Shown here: one piece after another, positions 57,059 to 64,000 of the stretch
How the letters are laid out: each line of letters opens with the position of its first letter
Position numbering within the stretch: the first letter of the stretch is position 1
Source: Lysobacterales bacterium
GTDB taxonomy: Bacteria > Pseudomonadota > Gammaproteobacteria > Xanthomonadales > SZUA-36
Length of the DNA stretch: 64,000 nt
Direction of reading: 5' to 3'
Assembly (NCBI GenBank): GCA_050118555.1
Contig: JASFKQ010000001.1
Location: forward strand, 1,464 to 65,463
Notes under the pieces: model-generated
Databases searched by the model: none
What the model was told of the DNA's origin: nothing
The model's input: the letters and a program-made list of their open reading frames with translations, nothing else
Translations under genes and position numbers: made by a program

Positions 57059-58039
57059 GTGACGCGTATGCTGCAAGGTATGGACACCGGCAGCCATTAC
57101 ATTGCGTTCGGGCCAGTTCCCTCGCGCCGCCTCGGCCGCAGCCTGGGCATCAACAACGTCCCGACCAAGACCTGTAGCTACGCCTGCATCTACTGCCAGG
57201 TGGGCGAGACCACCGACAAGTGCATCGAACCGCGCCACTTCTTCGCCCCGGACGAGATTCACGATGCGGTCGCCGGGCGGCTGGCTACTCTGCCCGGCGG
57301 GGTGGACGACGTCGACTATCTGAGCTTCGTTCCTGACGGCGAACCAACCCTCGACATCGAACTGGGTAACAGCATCGACGCCCTGCACGACCTGGGCGTA
57401 CCGGTGGCGGTGTTTTCCAATGCCTCACTCCTTCCCGATCACCGGGTGCGGCAGCGCCTCGCCCGAGCCGACCTGGTTTCGCTGAAGATCGACAGCCTCG
57501 AAGAGGATGTCTGGCTCGGCATCAACCGACCTCATGCCAACCTCGCCCTGAAGACTATCCTTTCGGGCATCGAGCGTTTCGCGGCGGAATTCAACGGCAC
57601 CCTCATCACCGAAACCATGTTGCTCGCCGGGCTCAACGACAGCGATGAATCCCTGGACGCCATTTCCCGCTTCATCACCCTGGTCAAGCCCCGCACCGCC
57701 TACCTGGCGGTGCCGACGCGCCCGACAACGGTCCGAAGCGCGAAAGCACCCGACCCGCAGCACCTGGTTCGGGCGTACCAATGCTTCGCCGCGCAACTGC
57801 CCGGCGTTGAGTTGCTGACCGGACAGGAAACGGGCGCGTTCCATGCAAGCGGCAATCCGCGCACGGACCTTCTGGCCATCACCGCCGTGCATCCCATGAG
57901 AGAAGCCGCCGTGCACCAGCTGCTGGCGCAGAGCGACGCTGACTGGTCCCTTGTGGAGAATCTGCTGTCCGAAAGAGCGCTGCTGGTCGTCGAGCACGAG
58001 GGTGACCGCTTCTACCTGCGGCCAGTCACAACCCGCTGA
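57059..58039 (+). CDS. Radical SAM protein of unknown function
   Basis: CSYACIYC (CxxxCxxC) preceded by GPVPSRRLGRSLGIN. About 320 aa, COG0731-like. The start could be GTG 57059 or ATG 57068. Confidence 0.75.
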   Translation: MTRMLQGMDTGSHYIAFGPVPSRRLGRSLGINNVPTKTCSYACIYCQVGETTDKCIEPRHFFAPDEIHDAVAGRLATLPGGVDDVDYLSFVPDGEPTLDIELGNSIDALHDLGVPVAVFSNASLLPDHRVRQRLARADLVSLKIDSLEEDVWLGINRPHANLALKTILSGIERFAAEFNGTLITETMLLAGLNDSDESLDAISRFITLVKPRTAYLAVPTRPTTVRSAKAPDPQHLVRAYQCFAAQLPGVELLTGQETGAFHASGNPRTDLLAITAVHPMREAAVHQLLAQSDADWSLVENLLSERALLVVEHEGDRFYLRPVTTR

Positions 58040-58125
58040 CCGCACCTCCCACCTTCGATCGGGAAGACGTTCTATACTTGCCGGACTAAACTGGACATTG
58101 ATGCATTCGAAGCGGGGAGTCCTTT

Positions 58126-58689
58126 ATGACGAAGCTCGTTGCCGGCATTCTGCTGTGGAGTCTGACACACCTCCTTCCGTCTGCTGCCCCCGGCCTGCGA
58201 GGGCGGCTGGTCTCCCGGCTGGGTGAAAACCCGTACAAGGGTATCTTCGCCCTGCTGACGGTCCTGGCCATCTACCTCATCATCAGCGGCTGGAAGTCGA
58301 CGGTGCCCGAGCTCGTCTACGTGCCTCCTGTGTGGGGACGGCACGTAACGGCACTGTTGGTGCTGTTTGCTTTCATCCTGTTCTTCGCGCCCTACCCACC
58401 CAACAACATCAAGCGCCTCCTGCGTCATCCGCAACTGACCGGCGTGGCGCTGTGGGGCGTGGGACACCTGCTCGCCAACGGCGAGGGCCGTTCCATCGTT
58501 CTGTTCGCCGGCATGGCGGTCTGGGCCATCGTGGAAATGTTCCTGATCAACCGGCGCGAAGGCGCCTGGTCCCGTCCGTCGCCCGCACCGGTCCGTAACG
58601 ACGTGTTCCTGGTGGTGGGCGCCATCGTCGCCTACGTCGCGGTGGCTTCAGCCCACCAATGGCTTTTTGGCTTTTCACCCTTTGCATGA
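58126..58689 (+). CDS. NnrU-family membrane protein
   Basis: 187 aa, 5 TM helices. Opening MTKLVAGILLWSLTHLLPS...LGENPYKGIFALL is typical of NnrU. Confidence 0.7.
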   Translation: MTKLVAGILLWSLTHLLPSAAPGLRGRLVSRLGENPYKGIFALLTVLAIYLIISGWKSTVPELVYVPPVWGRHVTALLVLFAFILFFAPYPPNNIKRLLRHPQLTGVALWGVGHLLANGEGRSIVLFAGMAVWAIVEMFLINRREGAWSRPSPAPVRNDVFLVVGAIVAYVAVASAHQWLFGFSPFA

Positions 58690-58704
58690 CCTGAGGAGAA
58701 ACAC

Positions 58705-59073
58705 ATGATCGGATACGTGACACTGGGTACCAATGACCTGGAACGGGCCGTGGCCTTTTACGACGAACTGCTGACGCTGGTGGGCGCCAAACGGTTCATG
58801 GAGGATCCGGGCCATTTCGTCGCCTGGGCAACCGGGCCGAACTCTCCCGGCCTGTCGGTAACGATTCCCTTCGACGGGAATCCCGCAACCGTCGGCAACG
58901 GGACCATGGTCGCGCTGATGGTCCAAAGCAAGGAAAAGGTGCACGAAGTGTACGATCGGGCCATCGCTCTCGGGGGCAAGGACGAGGGCCCCGCCGGGCC
59001 CCGTTCCGACGGGTTCTACGCCGGCTACTTCCGCGACCTGGACGGCAACAAGCTGAACGTGTTTTGTACATAG
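58705..59073 (+). CDS. VOC (glyoxalase-fold) family protein
   Basis: MIGYVTLGTNDLERAVAFYDELL... and YFRDLDGNKLNVF. GAGGAG upstream of the start. Confidence 0.75.
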   Translation: MIGYVTLGTNDLERAVAFYDELLTLVGAKRFMEDPGHFVAWATGPNSPGLSVTIPFDGNPATVGNGTMVALMVQSKEKVHEVYDRAIALGGKDEGPAGPRSDGFYAGYFRDLDGNKLNVFCT

Positions 59074-59338
59074 GGCCTGTCAACACGGCACGAGCCCACG
59101 CTGTTGCGACTGAAACAGCGCCAAACAGGGTGCAAAGAGTCATTTTTGGAGGCTCCACGGGAACAACGCGCTGCTCGGAGTGGCGCTGTTTCAGCCTCAA
59201 CCCTTCGGGACGCGGCCATATTTCCCGCTGGCGGCGTTATCACTCGCTCATGTAGCGGTGCTACACCGCGCTCGTTCTGCCTTGTCAGTTGAAAATATGG
59301 CCCGCGGCAGCGCGGGCTCGCACCGTGTTAACAGGCCC
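59073..59338 (-). repeat. 266-nt inverted-repeat element folding as a three-way junction (structured-RNA or MITE-like candidate)
   Basis: Outer stem 59073-59103 / 59308-59338 (27/31 bp). Inner stems 59110-59123 / 59181-59194 (14/14) and 59211-59225 / 59291-59306 (14 bp, 1 bulge, 1 mismatch). All 5 mismatches are C-A on the + strand, which means G-U on the - strand. Confidence 0.75.
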
Positions 59339-59376
59339 TTGCCGGATTGACACTGCGACACCTGGCCCGGTACGGG

Positions 59377-59865
59377 CTAGGCCAGCAAACGGCCGAGTAT
59401 CCCGCCGCTCAGGCTCCACGAGGCCAGGTTGAAGCACCAGAGATACACGGCCCACGCCAACCAGGGCCCCAGCAGCCACGCGGCCTGTTCCGAAATTCCT
59501 CGGAACACCACAAACGTCCAGCCGGCCGCGCCCAGTGATACGCTCCACAGCGCCCAGGCCCAGCCGATCCTGTTGAGGCCGAAAAAGAGTGCCGACCAGG
59601 AAACGGCGAGAACCAGCAACAGCAGCCACCAGGCGAGGGCGGTCCGGCGGCTGGCGTGACCCGTCAGCCAGACGGCCCACGCAGACACGGCGAGCGAGGC
59701 GAACGCAATTGCGCCCAGCAGCCCGAACAGCCAGGCGGGCGCCGTCCAGGACGGCTTGACCAGCTTGACGTAGTACCACTCGCCACCCGTGAAACTTCCT
59801 GCAATGACGGAGGCTGCGATCACGATCAGCAACATGACGGCCAGGGATCCATACCGGCTAGACAC
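59377..59865 (-). CDS. tspO: TspO/MBR (tryptophan-rich sensory protein) family
   Basis: 162 aa, 5 TM helices, Trp-rich (KPSWTAPAWLFGLLGAIAFA...WSALFFGL...). Confidence 0.85.
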   Translation of the reverse strand: MSSRYGSLAVMLLIVIAASVIAGSFTGGEWYYVKLVKPSWTAPAWLFGLLGAIAFASLAVSAWAVWLTGHASRRTALAWWLLLLVLAVSWSALFFGLNRIGWAWALWSVSLGAAGWTFVVFRGISEQAAWLLGPWLAWAVYLWCFNLASWSLSGGILGRLLA

Positions 59866-59995
59866 TGCACATCTCCTTTGAAAATAGCTTGCCCACTTGA
59901 CTCTCAGACCTTGTCGCCTGCGGGCGGTTACAAACCGGCCGCTGCGTTCACCACCTTAATCAACCCGGGAGCCGTGTTCCAGCCGCCCGGCGCCA

Positions 59996-61288
59996 CTATC
60001 CCAGGGTATGCAGCGCTTCGTCCAGGGCTTCCAGCAGCATGTCGACGTTCTGCCGCGAAAAGACCAGCGGCGGGCGGATCTTGATGACGTTGCCGAGCGG
60101 GCCGGTCGTGCCGAGCAACACCCCCTTGTCCTTCAGCCGTTCCCTGACCAGGCGCGCCCCGTCGCCGGCCGGCTCGCGGGTGGCGCGATCTTCGACCAGT
60201 TCCACGCCATAGAATAGCCCCTTGCCCCGAACATCCCCGACGCGGTCGTGCGTCGCGGCCAGGCTGTTCAGGCCCTGCCCGAGGTAGGCGCCGGTGTCCC
60301 GGGCATTCTGCAGGATGCCTTCCTCCTCGATTGCATCCAGCACCGCCAGCCCCACCGCGGCGGACACGGGGTTGCCGCCAAAGGTGTTGAAGTAATCGAA
60401 CCGGCGGGCGAAGTCGGCGGCGATTTCGGGAGTGGTCACCACAGCAGCCAGCGGATGACCGTCCCCCAGCGGCTTGCCCATGGTCACGATATCCGGCACA
60501 ACCCCGGAATCCTGGAATCCCCAGTAATGGTCACCCAGCCGGCAGAGCCCTGATTGTACCTCGTCGGCCACCGCGAGGCCGCCGGCCGAGTGTACGCTGC
60601 GATAGGCGGTCTCCAGGTAGCCTTCCGGCGCCGTCAGAACGCCATTGGAGCTGAAGATGTTATCGACCATGAACATTGCCGGCGCCACTCCGCGGTCCGC
60701 CAGGGCCTCGACCGCAGCTCCGGCCAGGGCCCCGAATTTCGGACCGGCGTCCCCGTCCTCGCGCCCGAAGCTGCCCCGGTAGCCATTGGGCGGCTCGATG
60801 GCCTCGAGCCAGCCGGGCCGGTCACTGGCCGGATACTCCGCGGTGGAAAGCGCCGACACAACCATCGAATTTCCATGGTAGGCGTGTTCGGTCACGATCG
60901 CGCCCTCGTGGCCGGTGACGGTCCGGGCGATGCGAAAAGCGAGGTCATTGGCCTCGGTTCCGGTACACACGAACATGCACACACTCAGGTCGCCCGGCAA
61001 CGTCCCCCCCAGGCGCTCGGCATAGCGAACGACGTTTTCGTGCAGGTAACGCGTGTGCGTGTTGAGCGTCGATGCCTGCCGGCAAAGCGCCTCGACCACG
61101 CGGGGGTGACAGTGTCCGACAGAGGCGACGTTGTTGTAACAGTCCAGATAATGACGCCCGTCCGCATCCCAGAGCCAGACACCCTGACCACGGACGAGGT
61201 GGACCGGCTGGTCGTAAAACAGGCGGTAAGCGGGGCCCATCGAACGGTCGCGGCGCGTCATCAGATTGCGCTGTTCCGGGCTGGTCAT
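59996..61288 (-). CDS. Class-III (AGXT2-like) PLP-dependent aminotransferase or phospho-lyase
   Basis: 430 aa from ATG 61288 (GAGGA upstream). LVRGQGVWLWDADGRHYLDCYNNVASVGHCHP, DEVQSGLCRLG and the lysine context IVTMGKPLG. Confidence 0.8.
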   Translation of the reverse strand: MTSPEQRNLMTRRDRSMGPAYRLFYDQPVHLVRGQGVWLWDADGRHYLDCYNNVASVGHCHPRVVEALCRQASTLNTHTRYLHENVVRYAERLGGTLPGDLSVCMFVCTGTEANDLAFRIARTVTGHEGAIVTEHAYHGNSMVVSALSTAEYPASDRPGWLEAIEPPNGYRGSFGREDGDAGPKFGALAGAAVEALADRGVAPAMFMVDNIFSSNGVLTAPEGYLETAYRSVHSAGGLAVADEVQSGLCRLGDHYWGFQDSGVVPDIVTMGKPLGDGHPLAAVVTTPEIAADFARRFDYFNTFGGNPVSAAVGLAVLDAIEEEGILQNARDTGAYLGQGLNSLAATHDRVGDVRGKGLFYGVELVEDRATREPAGDGARLVRERLKDKGVLLGTTGPLGNVIKIRPPLVFSRQNVDMLLEALDEALHTLG

Positions 61289-61588
61289 GACTTCGGTCCT
61301 CATTGCCTGACGGAACTGTCGGGATCTGAATGTTAACCCTGTGCGGGGTTCATATGACAGCGAGGGCTTGCGTGCGGCCCGCGCAGGCACCAACTAGTAC
61401 AAAGGGCGTCCGTCATCACCGTGATGCCTGCAGCCGCCCGCGGGAATTGTCGCGGCTGGAAAGGTGATCCTTGTCATTGAAATCACCTATCAAGCTTATC
61501 GGAAAAATCAATTTCAACTATAAAGGGGCTGTGTCTATGCTTGTATGGCTGAACCCCCTTTATCCATCAACAGGAGGCTGGAACCACC

Positions 61589-62002
61589 ATGTCACTGAAA
61601 GGAACCAAGACCGAACAGAATCTCAAAGATGCATTTGCAGGTGAATCGCAGGCCAACCGCCGTTACCTGTATTTCGCCCAGCGCGCCGACGTGGAAGGTT
61701 ACAACGACGTTTCCACTGTGTTCCGTTCCACCGCCGAAGGCGAGACAGGCCACGCGCACGGCCACCTGGAATACCTCGAGGAAGCCGGCGACCCCGCCAC
61801 CGGTCTGCCGATTGGCCCGACCGCCGATAACCTGAAAGCCGCGATCGCCGGCGAGACGCATGAGTACACCGACATGTACCCCGGCATGGCCCGCACGGCC
61901 CGCGACGAAGGTTTCGACGAAATCGCCGACTGGTTCGAGACCCTGGCCAAGGCGGAGCGTTCGCACGCCAACCGCTTCCAGAAGGCTCTGGACGAACTCT
62001 GA
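61589..62002 (+). CDS. Rubrerythrin-family diiron protein without a rubredoxin domain
   Basis: 137 aa. AGESQANRRY, EGETGHAHGH, AGETHEYT and KAERSHANRF give the two ExxH diiron half-sites. AGGAGG upstream of the start. Confidence 0.85.
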   Translation: MSLKGTKTEQNLKDAFAGESQANRRYLYFAQRADVEGYNDVSTVFRSTAEGETGHAHGHLEYLEEAGDPATGLPIGPTADNLKAAIAGETHEYTDMYPGMARTARDEGFDEIADWFETLAKAERSHANRFQKALDEL

Positions 62003-62121
62003 CCGAGCGGTCCTGAAAGGCTGAAGCCCTTCACTCGAAGGGCTCCGGTTTCCCAGATTCCGATCGGGAAAAAGCAGGAAAAGGGCTCTGACCCCTTTTC
62101 AGCAGACGATTCGGGAGAAGC

Positions 62122-63450
62122 ATGATGCGAGAAGGCAGTCTCGAGGCTCCGACACGCCATCCACTTGGTTGGCGGGAAAGCGACTTTTACGACGAAGAGA
62201 AGCTCTTCGGGGAACTGGAGCGCGTGTTCGATATCTGTCACGGCTGCCGGCGTTGCGTCTCGCTGTGCGACGCCTACCCGACGCTGTTCGACCTCGTCGA
62301 CGAGTCGAGCACGATGGAAGTGGACGGCGTCGAGAAGCAGGACTTCTGGAAGGTGGTCGACCAGTGCTACATGTGCGATCTCTGTTACCAGACGAAATGC
62401 CCGTATGTGCCCCCGCACGAGTGGGCGGTCGACTTCCCGCACCTGATGCTGCGCGCCAAGGCGGTACAGTTCAAGAAGGGTGAGCGCAAGATCAGCCACA
62501 GGCTGATCAGCAACACCCGGGTGCAAAGCGCCGTTGGCAGCCTTCCCGTGGTGTCCGGCGCCATCAACGCGGCCAACCGTGTCGGGGGCGTTCGCAAGAT
62601 CCTCGAAAAAACACTCGACATCGACCATCGCGCGCACCTGCCGGAGTTTCATTCGAAGACGCTGCGTAAGCGCAACAAGGGCCGCGAACCCGCGCAGGCG
62701 GTCGTCAAACCGGCCGGGCCGACGCGGGGCAAAGTCGCACTGTTTACGACCTGTTACTGCAACGTCAACACGCCTGACATCGGCGACGACCTGATCCGGG
62801 TCTTCGAGCACAACGGCATCCCGGTGCGCCTGACCGCGAAGGAAGAGTGCTGCGGCATGCCCAAGCTCGAACAGGGTGACCTGGAGACCGTGGACAAGTA
62901 CCGCCGCACCAACATCCCCGAACTCGTCAGGCTCATCGACGAGGGCTGGGACATCGTGGCCGCGATCCCCTCGTGCGTGCTGATGTTCAAACAGGAGCTG
63001 CCGCTGATGTACCCGGACGACCCGGACGTGCAGAAGGTCAAGCAGTACATGTTCGACCCGTTCGAGTATCTCTCGCACCGCCACAAGGAAGGCCTGCTGA
63101 AGACCGAATTCAAGGCCGAACTCGGCAAGGTCGTCTGGCAGGCGCCCTGTCACCAGCGGGTGCAGAACATCGGCCCCAAGACACGCGACATCCTGGCGCT
63201 GGTCCCGGGCACGCAGGTGGAGATGATCGAGCGCTGCTCCGGCCACGATGGCACGTATGGCGTGCGCGCCGGAACCTATGAGAAGTCGCAGAAAATCGCG
63301 CGCCCCGTGATCAACCGGGCGAAGAAGGCCGAACCGGATTACATGGTCTCGGATTGTCCGATGGCGGCCACGCAAATCGCCGACAGGCTCGAATTGGTGA
63401 ACGTCGAGACCAGTCCGCTGACCCTGCTGCGCAAAGCATACGGGATCTGA
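62122..63450 (+). CDS. Fe-S oxidoreductase, HdrD/GlpC-like (2x[4Fe-4S] plus CCG domains)
   Basis: CHGCRRCVSLC...CYMCDLCYQTKCP ferredoxin-type motifs, and two Cys-rich CCG-type regions (TTCYCN...CCGMP; PCHQR...CSGHDG). Confidence 0.8.
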   Translation: MMREGSLEAPTRHPLGWRESDFYDEEKLFGELERVFDICHGCRRCVSLCDAYPTLFDLVDESSTMEVDGVEKQDFWKVVDQCYMCDLCYQTKCPYVPPHEWAVDFPHLMLRAKAVQFKKGERKISHRLISNTRVQSAVGSLPVVSGAINAANRVGGVRKILEKTLDIDHRAHLPEFHSKTLRKRNKGREPAQAVVKPAGPTRGKVALFTTCYCNVNTPDIGDDLIRVFEHNGIPVRLTAKEECCGMPKLEQGDLETVDKYRRTNIPELVRLIDEGWDIVAAIPSCVLMFKQELPLMYPDDPDVQKVKQYMFDPFEYLSHRHKEGLLKTEFKAELGKVVWQAPCHQRVQNIGPKTRDILALVPGTQVEMIERCSGHDGTYGVRAGTYEKSQKIARPVINRAKKAEPDYMVSDCPMAATQIADRLELVNVETSPLTLLRKAYGI

Positions 63451-63521
63451 GGGATTGTCTTCGGCCGGCCCCGCCGGCCGGCCCGAACCGTTTCATCAAC
63501 GAAATTCCGGAGAACCGACCC

Positions 63522-64000
63522 ATGGAAAGCCAAACAATGGAAAAGCTGAAGAGAACCGACCTGCTCAGCCTGGAAAAGTATGCTGAGCAACGCACCGATT
63601 TCCGGGCGCGCGTCATCGAACACAAGAAAGACCGCCGGGTGGATGTGGGCCCCAATCTCACCCTGTACTTCGAGGACCGCCTGACCATTCAGTACCAGGT
63701 CCAGGAGATGCTTCGCATCGAACGGATCTTCGAGGCCCAGGGCATCGAAGAGGAGCTGGAAGCGTACAACCCGCTGATCCCGGACGGCAGCAACCTCAAG
63801 TGCACCGCCATGTTCGAATTCGAGGACGTGGAAGAGCGCCGCCGGCGCCTGGCGCAGCTGGTGGGCGTCGAGAACCAGGTCTGGCTGCGCGTGGACGGGC
63901 AGGACAAGGTGTACGCGATCGCCAACGAGGACCTGGATCGCTCCACTTCCGAGAAGACCTCGGCCGTTCACTTCATGCGCTTTGAACTGGACGACGCCAT
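63522..64000 (+). CDS. DUF3501-family protein, 5' part (runs off window end)
   Basis: Not in the ORF track (no stop inside the window). Manual translation from ATG 63522 gives MESQTMEKLKRTDLLSLEKYAEQRTDFRARVIEHKKDRRVDVGPNLTLYFEDRLTIQYQVQEMLRIERIF... This matches the DUF3501 pattern I recall, including its usual position after the Fe-S gene. Confidence 0.65.
   Translation, partial: MESQTMEKLKRTDLLSLEKYAEQRTDFRARVIEHKKDRRVDVGPNLTLYFEDRLTIQYQVQEMLRIERIFEAQGIEEELEAYNPLIPDGSNLKCTAMFEFEDVEERRRRLAQLVGVENQVWLRVDGQDKVYAIANEDLDRSTSEKTSAVHFMRFELDDA

Noticed and set aside
59064-59292. Two small + strand ORFs (63 and 62 aa) inside the 266-nt inverted-repeat element
   Set aside because: They overlap each other, have no SD, and are a by-product of the palindromic sequence.
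61699-63375. 558-aa minus-strand ORF
   Set aside because: It is antisense to the rubrerythrin and Fe-S oxidoreductase genes, with shadow-ORF composition.

Overview
This is a GC-rich chromosomal segment of a gammaproteobacterium (about 60-65 % G+C by eye, not computed). Gene content and local order look like core genome of Pseudomonas/Xanthomonadales-type organisms: trmB / algH-ruvX-pyrB remnant, tonB-gshB / pilG-pilI-pilJ-chpA-chpC, SAH riboswitch-ahcY-metF beside metK, nudE-cysQ, and erpA-nudC. I support about 66 protein-coding genes (two cut by the window ends), one pseudogene, one riboswitch and several regulatory or repeat elements. The functional blocks are: the methionine/SAM cycle (metA-metY; metK; ahcY-metF); xylose utilisation (LacI-type regulator / xylB-xylA-oxidoreductase); an envelope protease and peptidases; a reduced Chp (type IV pilus chemosensory) cluster; many house-cleaning paralogues (4 Nudix, 5 VOC/glyoxalase-fold); transporters (AGCS, NhaB, DASS, DUF819); and a rubrerythrin / Fe-S / DUF3501 trio. 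I see no rRNA, tRNA, CRISPR array, transposase, integrase, phage gene or recognisable defence/toxin gene, so there is no obvious protein-coding accessory island. The content that standard feature types do not explain is non-coding. It sits in three gaps between convergent genes (28.8-29.3 kb, 47.96-48.43 kb, 59.07-59.34 kb). These gaps hold hairpin and inverted-repeat elements, two of which show covariation or a strand-specific G-U pattern that suggests selected RNA structure. There is also a promoter-to-terminator unit at 51.58-51.70 kb that looks like a small RNA or a leader. All family assignments come from motif recognition by eye, not from database searches.
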